64,000 nt of DNA, taken from an uncultured virus (IMG/VR IMGVR_UViG_3300009593_000016) (lineage: Duplodnaviria > Heunggongvirae > Uroviricota > Caudoviricetes). A program made the position numbers and the translations under genes. The stretch lies in the IMG/VR virus record IMGVR_UViG_3300009593_000016, positions 1-64,000 of that record. One strand, written 5' to 3'. This document shows, piece by piece, positions 1 through 9,400 of the stretch (the first letter of the stretch is position 1; each line of letters starts with the position of its first letter). The notes beneath the pieces were generated by a model. It searched no databases. It saw nothing but the letters and a program-made list of their open reading frames with translations, and was not told the DNA's origin.

Positions 1-1
1 A

Positions 2-562
2 TTAGAATGGTCCTGCAATTTGATCAGTTGTAGTTCCGTGTCCCAACTCAGGAAGTGGATCACCTACACTAGGTTCTATGACATCATCGATGTCTGGTGG
101 TGGAGGTAGTGTACCTAGTTCGTATCTAATATCTCTTAACTCTTGAAAATCTTTTTGCTTTGTACCTCCATCATATGCCCAAGCATATCCTTCTTCGATC
201 ATCTGTTCATTCAAAGAAACTAATTCCTCATTAATATACAACCAGCCAAGGAGTCTACCATACTTACCCATACCACCTTTAAGTTCAGTACGGATTGTAA
301 GTTCATCTCCATCACCTGCAATAGTATCTTCTAACTTCTGCTTTAACCAATTAGTAGCATCAATTCCTAATGCTTTCTCTTCTAAATCCCTTGTCCTCTT
401 CTCTGGGGTGTCTACTCCCGCAATTCTTACCCGTTCTTTCTTGTATAAATCGAATCCAAGATCTATGGTGACATCTATCGTGTCTCCGTCCAGTACCTTG
501 TTGATCTCCGTCACTCGGAAGTTGTAACAACTCTTCCTTGATGGGGGGGTCATCGCTCCCAT
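2..562 (-). CDS. Thermonuclease (staphylococcal nuclease, SNase-like) family protein
   Basis: Motifs KVLDGDTIDV, ERVRIAGVDTPE, GKYGRLLG, LNEQMIEEGYA; exact late promoter TATAAATA at 590-597 upstream. Confidence 0.85.
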   Translation of the reverse strand: MGAMTPPSRKSCYNFRVTEINKVLDGDTIDVTIDLGFDLYKKERVRIAGVDTPEKRTRDLEEKALGIDATNWLKQKLEDTIAGDGDELTIRTELKGGMGKYGRLLGWLYINEELVSLNEQMIEEGYAWAYDGGTKQKDFQELRDIRYELGTLPPPPDIDDVIEPSVGDPLPELGHGTTTDQIAGPF

Positions 563-716
563 AATCTAGCTCCAAATTATCTATCGCACTATTTATACTC
601 TGTTCTACTGGTGTCCTATTCTGCTCCGACTGGTAGTCCCTGATCTTCTGCTGCCATTCGTTCCCCAGTTGAGTGGGGCTGGTCGCTAATAACGGGATTA
701 GGATACCAATCATCAT
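360..716 (-). CDS. Hypothetical protein with hydrophobic N-terminus; overlaps the nuclease gene by about 200 nt in another frame
   Basis: 118-aa ORF MMIGILIPLLATS...; long overlaps on both sides make its status uncertain. Confidence 0.4.
   Translation of the reverse strand: MMIGILIPLLATSPTQLGNEWQQKIRDYQSEQNRTPVEQSINSAIDNLELDYGSDDPPIKEELLQLPSDGDQQGTGRRHDRCHHRSWIRFIQERTGKNCGSRHPREEDKGFRRESIRN
590..597 (-). promoter_or_regulatory. T4-type late promoter TATAAATA
   Basis: Exact gp55 consensus about 28 nt upstream of the nuclease ATG. Confidence 0.75.
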
Positions 717-795
717 ACTTGAAAATTATGTAGATACAAATAGATACACCGATTAGGAGAATCCCAATCATAATGTTAATCGACCATAGTATCAT
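616..795 (-). CDS. Small single-pass membrane protein (59 aa, not in ORF track)
   Basis: Manual translation MILWSINIMIGILLIGVSICIYIIFKYDDW...GAE*; ATGA overlap with the stop of the 792-974 ORF. Confidence 0.6.
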   Translation of the reverse strand: MILWSINIMIGILLIGVSICIYIIFKYDDWYPNPVISDQPHSTGERMAAEDQGLPVGAE

Positions 796-974
796 AGCAC
801 GGAAGAGTAATCGTTTCCTTCCTTAAAAATACTATACACGCTATGCGGGTGATTGTGAATATATTCAACGTCTTCTACGGCAATCATTCTTGCTTCGAAG
901 GAATCTTCGGCAGTTACACAAACCTCTTGTCTGTGTCTGGTATCGTCAAGATAACCAACGGTATAATGGGACAT
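792..974 (-). CDS. Hypothetical protein (60 aa)
   Basis: ATG start, stop coupled to the next gene, late promoter variant AATAAATA near 998-1005. Confidence 0.7.
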   Translation of the reverse strand: MSHYTVGYLDDTRHRQEVCVTAEDSFEARMIAVEDVEYIHNHPHSVYSIFKEGNDYSSVL

Positions 975-1000
975 TACGATCTTTCGAGTGTCCCAATTAT

Positions 1001-1099
1001 TTATTCCTTCTTAGGGCATTGTGTGGAAATATGGTCATAGCTTCCACACTTCTTACAGCAGTCTTTTTTCTCTGCTATGAACTCCTTAAAGGACTTCAT
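1001..1099 (-). CDS. 32-aa peptide: capsid-targeting-like leader plus CCHC zinc knuckle (not in ORF track)
   Basis: MKSFKEFIAEKKDCCKKCGSYDHISTQCPKKE*; ATGA overlap with the upstream stop; C-x2-C-x4-H-x4-C. Confidence 0.75.
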   Translation of the reverse strand: MKSFKEFIAEKKDCCKKCGSYDHISTQCPKKE

Positions 1100-1812
1100 T
1101 TTCCTGATACTGCTTTGTATGCTTTCTTAGCAAATGATACTGTGTCCTTGACACCTTCCTTTGCTCCTTTAGCAAATTCCTTAGCACGTTTCTCAGGTGC
1201 TTTACCCTTAGCACGTTGCTTCTTGTATGCTGCTTTAGCATCTCCTACTGCTTTGTTATGCTTCTCAACACCCTTCTTAACATAGGATGTTACCTTACTT
1301 AGAACACCTTCTTTCTTAGCAGGTTTCTTAGGTTGCTTAGCTTTCACTGTCTTAACAGTAGCAACAACCTTCTTCTGTGTAGCAGCTTTCTTCTTAGCAG
1401 GAGCCTTCTTGACAGCAGCTTTCTTAGGTGCGTCATCTTCATAATTTGTATTGTCTTCGTCACCATACTTATTCTTGGCAGCAGTGGTCTTAGCATACTC
1501 ACCTTTACCTGCTGTCTTACGTGCAGCATCACCAGCATCAACCTTTGCTTTAACCTTCTCATATGAAGGTGCATTTGCTGCTGCTTTCTTTGCTGCTCTT
1601 ACTGCTTCCTCAAGATATTCTGTTGGAGGATTTACTACAAAGTCAGTAAATTCTTCTAGTCCAATCTCTTCTACGATGAGATCGATACCTTCTTCGTTTA
1701 TACCTTCCTCAACAAAGAAATCAGTAGCTACTTCTATGCTTGATTGTACCCATTCCTCAGTCAATACTGCCTCAGGATTAGAGTCTACTAGGTACCGTGA
1801 AAAACTTTTCAT
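1096..1812 (-). CDS. Acidic N-terminal, Lys/Ala-rich (histone H1-like composition) C-terminal protein; putative head internal protein
   Basis: Start re-assigned to ATG 1812 (TAATG overlap; MKSFSRYLVD); KKAAVKKAPAKKKAA low-complexity basic tail. Confidence 0.75.
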   Translation of the reverse strand: MKSFSRYLVDSNPEAVLTEEWVQSSIEVATDFFVEEGINEEGIDLIVEEIGLEEFTDFVVNPPTEYLEEAVRAAKKAAANAPSYEKVKAKVDAGDAARKTAGKGEYAKTTAAKNKYGDEDNTNYEDDAPKKAAVKKAPAKKKAATQKKVVATVKTVKAKQPKKPAKKEGVLSKVTSYVKKGVEKHNKAVGDAKAAYKKQRAKGKAPEKRAKEFAKGAKEGVKDTVSFAKKAYKAVSGK

Positions 1813-1958
1813 TAAGCTGCTCCTTTGTTGTGGTCTGGGTGTCTGGGACAATTCTTTTCGTGTTTATCTATCCAAGCCTTAGAGTTCCAATGATTCTTTG
1901 GAGACTTAAGACCGCAGTATACACACTCGTACTGTCCACTTTCTAACAGTTTAGCCAT
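1812..1958 (-). CDS. Small putative C2HC zinc-binding protein (48 aa)
   Basis: Start re-assigned to ATG 1958 (MAKLLE); CVYC...HEKNC. Confidence 0.6.
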   Translation of the reverse strand: MAKLLESGQYECVYCGLKSPKNHWNSKAWIDKHEKNCPRHPDHNKGAA

Positions 1959-2187
1959 TAGCCAATTCCTCTGCTTTCTGATTCCATTCGGCAAATGATG
2001 AACTGCAATCAGGGGGTTGTGGGTATTTATATCCTTTCATCTTCCTCCATTTATTATGGAGTGCTCCCATCATCCAAGACTGACTGAGACTCTTTGGTCC
2101 ATTCTCAAGAAGATCTAGTTCGTACCTACTGCTAGTGTACCCTTTATACTCTTCTCTCCAATTGGAATCGTCCCACTCAGTTGTCAT
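1951..2187 (-). CDS. Hypothetical protein (78 aa, MTTEWDDSNWREEY...)
   Basis: Start re-assigned to ATG 2187, overlapping the end of the upstream gene; Trp-rich. Confidence 0.7.
   Translation of the reverse strand: MTTEWDDSNWREEYKGYTSSRYELDLLENGPKSLSQSWMMGALHNKWRKMKGYKYPQPPDCSSSFAEWNQKAEELANG
2024..2031 (-). promoter_or_regulatory. T4-type late promoter TATAAATA (intragenic)
   Basis: Exact consensus about 65 nt upstream of the 48-aa/238-aa/32-aa gene run. Confidence 0.55.
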
Positions 2188-2962
2188 AATGAAAGCTCCT
2201 TTTCTTAGTGTTTTTAGGATGTTTAGCACTTCTGACTTTATTGTCAGTAGTTTCACCATCTCCTCTAGGATGCTGACCTGCTTTTGTCTTACCTATATTG
2301 TAAGATGAACCAGGTTTCTTGGACTGAGTATCGTGTAAGCGTGCAGGTTTGTCCTTATCTTTTGTGATAACAGATTCCTGTCCGTGTTTTCTACCAAACC
2401 TACGAATGAGTTTGCCGTGCTTACGCTTTGACATTCCCTTACCAGGAGTGGTATGATACGATACTTCACTGCCCTGTTTGCCATCATCGTACTTATACTT
2501 TCCAACACTCTTCTTGTAACCGATACCCTTCTTCTTAAGATCTTTCTCAAGACCCTTTCGTTTCTTGCGGTTCTCGGTCTCACTGTCACCACGGTCAGCA
2601 GAAATGTGACCAGTGACTTGAGTCTTGGATTTGCTTACGGCTCTGGCTAGTCCTCCTTCGGAGATGAACTTCCCAAATGATAGCATACTATACCCCTGAG
2701 TGTGAAGGTTCATATCCACCCCCTTGACATCATTCCCCTTCTGGGCTTGCTGTACCTTAAGTCTTTGCTGTTGAATTTTCTTAATATTTAACATTAGCTG
2801 CCTTCTATCAAGCATCGCACCCTTCTTCTGGATGAGATTCAATCTTGCACTTGAACTAGATGGTGCTGCATTATTAGATGCTGCCCTAGCAGGAGGACGC
2901 TTTTCCTTCTGTGGTTTGATTGTTAAATTTTCTGTGGGTGATTTACCGTTAGCGTCTGGCAT
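2177..2962 (-). CDS. Highly basic protein with a possible internal in-frame start at 2686 (MLSFGKFISE)
   Basis: 261-aa ORF; C-terminal part has an ISADRG...G-YKK-VG-Y...E-S...GRKHGQESV pattern; K/R-rich. Confidence 0.75.
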   Translation of the reverse strand: MPDANGKSPTENLTIKPQKEKRPPARAASNNAAPSSSSARLNLIQKKGAMLDRRQLMLNIKKIQQQRLKVQQAQKGNDVKGVDMNLHTQGYSMLSFGKFISEGGLARAVSKSKTQVTGHISADRGDSETENRKKRKGLEKDLKKKGIGYKKSVGKYKYDDGKQGSEVSYHTTPGKGMSKRKHGKLIRRFGRKHGQESVITKDKDKPARLHDTQSKKPGSSYNIGKTKAGQHPRGDGETTDNKVRSAKHPKNTKKRSFHYDN

Positions 2963-2963
2963 A

Positions 2964-3509
2964 TCAGCCTCCCACTACTTGTACCTGTTCTACTACAACA
3001 CCACCGCTTCCAGATCCTGCGGTTAGTTTAACCACTCTGGAAATTACAGGTATGTTACCAGCAGTAGCATCAGCAGCAGATAATGCATAATCACCTGACG
3101 ATGAAGATGAATCAATATCAGTTGTAATAGTAGTGGCAGTAATAGCAGTTACTTTCTTTCCGTCAGCAATAGCAGATTCATATGCAGCGACAAACCCATC
3201 AGTATCTCCACCGTCTAGGGTCTCTACATAATCTCCAACACTAAATGTGTGGCGACCACCATTCGAATATCCTTCAACGGTTATTACTGAACCGTTAGCA
3301 TCAGTTGCACCAACAATCTTGGAGTGCTTTGCTTTACCTGCAGAAATTAATAATGCTTCTCCAGCTGCAAGTGTGATAGCAGGACCCGCGTCAACTTGAA
3401 TACTAGATGCTGCAGCGCAGTAACATCGTAGTGTACCCGTCTTCACTTTGATATAACCAGAACCTGAGGCACTGATTGTTTGCGTATCTAATACATTTAA
3501 TACTGACAT
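2964..3509 (-). CDS. Putative virion structural protein (181 aa, beta-rich)
   Basis: G/A/T/S-rich; late promoter variant GATAAATA at 3532-3539. Confidence 0.7.
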   Translation of the reverse strand: MSVLNVLDTQTISASGSGYIKVKTGTLRCYCAAASSIQVDAGPAITLAAGEALLISAGKAKHSKIVGATDANGSVITVEGYSNGGRHTFSVGDYVETLDGGDTDGFVAAYESAIADGKKVTAITATTITTDIDSSSSSGDYALSAADATAGNIPVISRVVKLTAGSGSGGVVVEQVQVVGG

Positions 3510-3530
3510 CGATTTCCTACCTATACTAGA

Positions 3531-3956
3531 TTATTTATCCTGTTGGGACTTTAGAAATTTAGCAAGATCAGCTGTGCTCCCAACGAACATAGTATTATTT
3601 GTAACTGGACCAGAGATTTTAGCTGGACCCTCCTCAAGTTCTTGCATTTTCTTTTGGAGATCTATTAACTTATCCGTGGTATCTGCCACGTTCTTGATTA
3701 AGTTACCAGCAACTTCATATGATCTAGGTGAATCAGTCTGTCCAGCAACTTCAAGAATACCATCAACAGCCTCCTGTCCTTTCTCTATAAGAGAATAGAG
3801 ATTGCCTCTAGTGTACTCATAATCTTTGCTGACCTGTTCCTGCTTCTGTAAGATGCTAGGGTCTGGTCCGACATCAACGATATCAGTCTTTTCTTTAGGT
3901 ATAATAGATGTTTCTATATCGAGAGCATCTTCCATACCCTTAAACTTATTCGTCAA
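3531..3956 (-). CDS. gp16: Terminase small subunit (T4 gp16-like); start uncertain (TTG 3956 or the ATG of MEDALD near 3935)
   Basis: DYEYTRGNLYSLIEKGQEA, SPRSYEVAG, VTNNTMFVGSTADL; follows gp15. Confidence 0.88.
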   Translation of the reverse strand: MTNKFKGMEDALDIETSIIPKEKTDIVDVGPDPSILQKQEQVSKDYEYTRGNLYSLIEKGQEAVDGILEVAGQTDSPRSYEVAGNLIKNVADTTDKLIDLQKKMQELEEGPAKISGPVTNNTMFVGSTADLAKFLKSQQDK

Positions 3957-4755
3957 CTCCTGTGACTGGGTTTCTTGAGAGTCCATCCTGGAAATCACTA
4001 GTTAGTTCATTAAATCCGAAGTTATCATCTGGGTCTGCATCAACAGGATCAGGTGTAACAGTATACCTGACTTCTCTTGCAGCAGTTACCTTACTGTCGG
4101 TTGCAGTATCGACAATAGCCTTCTTAATAAGTCCTCCAGCAGATGTGACAGGACCGTATAAGTATGTCTTACAGGTAAAGGACATTGTATATATCAGAGT
4201 TCTTCTCGTTGTATAGTCACCTTCGTAATCATCTTCATAAGAACAAGAGTTTAATACAACTGGGAAGTCTTTAACATCACCAAGTTCAGGTACCAACTTA
4301 ATAGTTAGACTGAATACTGGTTGAAAATATGGTAAGATCTGCTCAATAATTTGCAGACCATCATCCTGATTCTTAGCAAGAATTGCTAATTCAAAATCTA
4401 TATTATAAGGTACTGGCATAAATGCCTTCTTCACTGCAGCAGTACCTTGTGTTTCTGGCGGTGAATACCTTATAGTTTGTGTTGGTGAAACCTTTCTTGT
4501 ACTATCATATGCAAAGTTTGTTATCTCAAATGATATTCTAGGTAAGGTAATCTGTGTAGCTTGCTTACCAGTAAGGTTTCCAGTTTGTTGGAGACGTGCT
4601 AAAAACTTTTGCTTTGGACCATATGCCAAAGGCACTTTCATATATTCATAATCCGTAGCAGTTTTCTTCCTACGTATTTCAATATTATTGAATAGTGTAC
4701 CGAAGGCGACAACGGTCTTTCTGAATATTTCGTTGTATGTATACGTACCTAACAT
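3946..4755 (-). CDS. gp15: Tail sheath stabilizer and completion protein (gp15)
   Basis: FGTLFNNI, VPLAYGPKQKFLARL, LPRISFE, QIIEQILPYFQP; synteny. Confidence 0.93.
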   Translation of the reverse strand: MLGTYTYNEIFRKTVVAFGTLFNNIEIRRKKTATDYEYMKVPLAYGPKQKFLARLQQTGNLTGKQATQITLPRISFEITNFAYDSTRKVSPTQTIRYSPPETQGTAAVKKAFMPVPYNIDFELAILAKNQDDGLQIIEQILPYFQPVFSLTIKLVPELGDVKDFPVVLNSCSYEDDYEGDYTTRRTLIYTMSFTCKTYLYGPVTSAGGLIKKAIVDTATDSKVTAAREVRYTVTPDPVDADPDDNFGFNELTSDFQDGLSRNPVTGVDE

Positions 4756-4757
4756 AG

Positions 4758-5624
4758 TTAATTAGCCTGTCCGAATTCGCCAAATGGATTTCCTTCACTA
4801 AAGTCAAGGATACCATCTGCCTGTGTTTCAAGTGTAAAGTTCTGATCAAAGTCAGAGCTAGTATTATTTAGGGTATTATATGAAGCTGTAGTCCAAGCAG
4901 CACCAGATGTTTGACCAGTAATGGTCTCTGGTATTGAGAATATTCCAGTTCTATTAAACAATTGAAGTTGTCTATTAGTACTATCCCAAGCCTTAACTTC
5001 AGCAGTTACATTAGATGTACCACCAGCAACTACCTCACCAACAGTGAAGTCATTGGTACCACCCTCAGCAAAGTTGACTGTAATAGCAACAGAGAAGTCC
5101 TGTTCGATCTTATCTATAGCAGCAACACCAGTTGCAATGGTCTCATCACCGAACTCGAAGAGTTCACAACGTAATGTCCAAGTATGGATCTTACCTAACT
5201 GGAAGAACGGTTGCTCATAATCAACGTATTGTATTTGAAATAATTTATTTGCTAGAGGGAAGTAAACTAAATCTCCTTCATTTGGTCTACCCTCTACTAT
5301 TAATGTAGCATTATCATCAACTGCAGCAGTGAATCTAGTACGTGATATAACAAAGTTAACCTGATCTGATATACGTACACCAAACTTACTGTACATATCT
5401 CCATCACCACCAAACCCATTCACACTCTCTACGTATGCTTCTATTTCATATGCAGCATTAAACGCAGATAAACTATCCTCAGTAAATACCGTATTCTGGT
5501 TTACTAAGGATCGTGGCATATAGTACACATTTTTACCGAACATTTTTATCTGTTCTATAACAAGTTCTCCAACGAGATCCTGTTCACCAGTAGTACCTTG
5601 TGTAAAATAAGTGTTAGTTGCCAT
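4758..5624 (-). CDS. gp14: Neck protein gp14
   Basis: EQIKMFG-NVYYMPR, RPNEGDLVYFP, PFFQLGK, DFSEGNPFG. Confidence 0.93.
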   Translation of the reverse strand: MATNTYFTQGTTGEQDLVGELVIEQIKMFGKNVYYMPRSLVNQNTVFTEDSLSAFNAAYEIEAYVESVNGFGGDGDMYSKFGVRISDQVNFVISRTRFTAAVDDNATLIVEGRPNEGDLVYFPLANKLFQIQYVDYEQPFFQLGKIHTWTLRCELFEFGDETIATGVAAIDKIEQDFSVAITVNFAEGGTNDFTVGEVVAGGTSNVTAEVKAWDSTNRQLQLFNRTGIFSIPETITGQTSGAAWTTASYNTLNNTSSDFDQNFTLETQADGILDFSEGNPFGEFGQAN

Positions 5625-6424
5625 TAGCCAATCATATCTAGTGGTGGAGTTTCATAAGTAAGTCTCAACTCTTCTTCTAACTTAGTAAGTTCCTCTACTG
5701 CATCACTATAAATCTTTTCACCGTTAAGAGTAACTCCGCCAGGAAGTTGTACATTCTGGAATTTAGTGAGGTTCATTCCCCACTGCTTCTTAATCATAGA
5801 AGTCGAATAATCCTTTAACCAAACTGCATTGTATATCTTAGTCCAGTTAGTAGGATCTAATGCACGTACACAATCTATAATTACATAGTCACCTTCTATC
5901 ACATCAGTGTCAGCATCAAAGTCCATATAGAGACGACCTTGAGTTGGCATAAATCTGGTAGGTTTCATTCCTTCTAAGAGGAAGTTAATAGTTTCCAAAT
6001 GAGTTTGGATCATAAAGTAATGATAGAACTGTGTAGATGTAAAATCATACAAGTCATTCAATCTTATCTGATACCTAATATCAAACATATTAGGTGTACC
6101 CTTATCTTGGAAAGTAAATATGCCATTCACACTTCTAATATGATCAGGCATTATTATGTAATTATTCTGAGTTTTAAACTCAGTAGTATTATCAGCACCA
6201 AGTTCAGTAGTATCAGCAGCAAAATTAGCTACATCAGCTGCTGTAAATTGATGTTTTAAATAAACTTTTTCAGCACCTTCGTAATGAAATTCTTGGAATT
6301 TTTCAATAGAATAATCTAGAGCATCATCTATCTGGTCATCGGAAACATTAATCTCCAATACTGGTTTACCCAGTCTCCGAAGACAATACTCCTTAAGAGT
6401 TGCTTTTGAATTTGGTTGTGCCAT
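5624..6424 (-). CDS. gp13: Neck protein gp13
   Basis: LKEYCLRRLGKPVLEINV, KKQWG-NL-KF--VQLPGGVTLNG. Confidence 0.94.
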   Translation of the reverse strand: MAQPNSKATLKEYCLRRLGKPVLEINVSDDQIDDALDYSIEKFQEFHYEGAEKVYLKHQFTAADVANFAADTTELGADNTTEFKTQNNYIIMPDHIRSVNGIFTFQDKGTPNMFDIRYQIRLNDLYDFTSTQFYHYFMIQTHLETINFLLEGMKPTRFMPTQGRLYMDFDADTDVIEGDYVIIDCVRALDPTNWTKIYNAVWLKDYSTSMIKKQWGMNLTKFQNVQLPGGVTLNGEKIYSDAVEELTKLEEELRLTYETPPLDMIG

Positions 6425-6428
6425 TTAC

Positions 6429-9400
6429 TTATCTTGTGAGAGCAGCGAGTGCAGCCTTAATATGTGCAACGGTTGTTACACTAGCGTCATTACCAATAGC
6501 ATTTAATTCAGTGTAAATTGCGTCAATGTCAGTGTCGTTAGTACCTGACTGAGTACCTTGTGCAGCAGTTGCATATGCAGTTGCAGCAGTGGTAGCAGCA
6601 GTGCCGAGTCCAAGGGTTGTCCTTGCAGCAGCAGCGTCTGCGTCATCAATTAAAGTTCCACCAAAGGTGCTTACAGCAGATGCAGCAAGAGCATTATCAG
6701 CAGTGGTACCCTGTGCAGCAGTAGCGAAGTCTCCTGTAGCAGAAACAGCAGCAGTTCCAAGACCAAGAGTGGTTCTGGCAGCAGCAGCGTCTGCGTCATC
6801 AATTAGAGTTACACCGAATGCACTGACAGTAGAAGCAACGAGTGCATTGTCTGCCTTAGTACCTTGAGCAGCAGTTGCGTATGCAGTGCTTGCAGTGGTA
6901 GCAGCAGTGCCTAAACCAAGAGTGGTTCTAGCAGTAGCAGCGTCAGCATCATCAATCAGAGTGCCACCGAAGGTGCTTACAGCAGACGCAGCGAGTGCGT
7001 TGTCAGCAGTGGTACCTTGAGCAGCCGTTGCATAACTGGATGCAGCAGCAGCGACCTTAAGGTCTGCTCTTGCATCAGCACGTGCGTTGGTGTAGTAAAG
7101 ATTGGTTGACCCTTCTGATAGATCATCAGTGTCAGCAGCAGCAATTCTTGCGTCTGCCCTAGCATCTGTATAGTAAAGGTTACTACCCTCACTAAGATCT
7201 CCAGTATCAGCAGCAGCAATACGTGCGTCTGCTCTTGCGTCGGTGAAGAATATGTTAGTAGATCCTTCAGTAACGTTATCAGTATTGATGTCTCCCTGAG
7301 TAACACTTAGAGTACCAGAACTGTGTGTGATACCTGTGCCGTATGTAAAGTGTGTCCTCGTGCGAGCAGCAGTAGTGAATAGATTTGTGCTTCCCTCTGT
7401 TACATTGTCTGTATCAATATCTGCCTGTGTGACAGTAATAGTTCCAGAAGAAATACCAATACCAGTACCGCCTGTAAAGTGTGCCCTTACTTCAGCAGCA
7501 GATGGTCCTGTATATGTAATTACACCTGATGTACTGTTATATGCAAGTGATCCGTCTCCACCACCATCTGTAACTGAAACAGATGCTCTTGCTCGTGCAG
7601 TTGTATGGAATAGATTTGATGTTCCTTCTACTACATCGTCAGTGGTAAATTCACCAAAGTCTGCAGATAATGTATATGTACCAGCAGTATCATCATATAC
7701 TTTAGCGATACCAGCACCAGCAACAAATAGGGCATCAATCCTATCATCCACTCTTTCGTTAGTGAAGTATAGATTTGTAGAACCCTCACTCAAAGCATCT
7801 GTATCGTGGTTAGCAATACTACCAACCTCTGACTCGTGGAATGTTAAGTTACCAGTAACGTTTAAGTTACCCTGAACCTCAAAGTTCGTAATTGAAACGA
7901 AGTTAGAAACTTCAAGTGTGTTAGAACTTGGATTGTACTTTAAGTTATCTGAGTCAGTACGTACCTCAGTGTATCCTGATGTAGCAGATACAAATGTTGG
8001 ATAGTAAGTAAGGTTAGTAGAAGTGGTGTTTGTAATATCAACTAGGTCTGACTTATCTGCAGTACCAGTTAAATCACCAGTTACATTACCCGTGATCTGT
8101 CCCGTTACACCGAGTGTTCCACCGATAGTGGTGTTACCTGTAACGCCAAGAGAACCAAGAGTTGAAGCACCAGTAATCTCAGCATTACCACTTGTTGAAT
8201 GGAATGTAATCTTATCTTGGCTTGATCCATTTTGTAATATTAAAGTCTTAGATGCACCACGTAGGACTACATTGTCCTTAAAGAGTGATGTACTGTTCTG
8301 TGTGATAGTTCCATTAAAGGTGGAGTTGCCATCTACATTCAGAGTGGTATCAAAGTCAACTGCACCTGTTACATTAAGGTCAGCAGTGACTGTTGTGTTC
8401 TCATCAACATCAAGTGTACCATCGATAACTGTGTTACCAGTTGCAGAAGCAATAGTAAACTTGGTACCGTTAACGGCAAAGTTACCACCAACAGTTAAGG
8501 TAGAATCAAGTACGGCAGTAGAAGTTACATTTACTGATGATAATGTTGTTGCTTGAGTTACTCCAAGAGTACCAGCAATTAATGTGTTACCTGTGTTTCC
8601 AACAACAGTAAAGTTACCAGCACCGACATTCAAGTCTGTACCAATATATGCTTTCTTAGTTACTGCAATACCACCAGCAGTGAATACAGAAGCAGAGTTA
8701 TTATTTGCTGCTGTAGCATCTGAGGTATTATCAAATCTAGATTTACCTGTATGAGTCTGTGTTCCTTCGGTGTCAACGTTACCATCTAGTTTCGTTGTAC
8801 CATATACTCTTAAATTTGTACCAAGGTTAAGGTTCTTAGCAATAGATATACCACCAGCAGTCTGTATTGCACCACTAGCAGCGTATGTTCCTGCTGCTAT
8901 TGAAGCGTCTGCAGTATTTGTTACCGTTGCAACACCAGTAACATCGAGAGTGTTGGTTACATTTGTTGCACCGTTTACATCCAAAGTTCCATCAACTGCT
9001 GTATTACCAGTAGCAGATGCAACCGTAAACTTAGTTGCGTTAATACTAAAGTCACCTGTGATAGATCCAGTACCACCAACAGTTAAGTTAGAAGATCCAC
9101 CAACAATATTAACTGTAGAATTTAATGTAGAAACACCAGTAACACCAAGGGTTCCTGATGATAGTACATTACCAGATGAAGCAGCAACACTAAACTTATT
9201 AGATACTGCGAAGTCATTTGTGACATCTAAGGTACCTGTGATATCTACGTCACCACCAACGGATGCATCATCAGTTACTACGAGATCATCACCCACATAC
9301 AGATCAAGACCAATAGAAGCACCACCCCCGACAATGAGAGCACCACTTGAGTTATTAGTTGCATTAGTGGTATCAAAAAGTTTAATACTACCTGCATCAA

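Noticed and set aside
6552..7805. CRISPR-like array
   Set aside because: Repeats are coding, degenerate at synonymous sites and lack unique spacers
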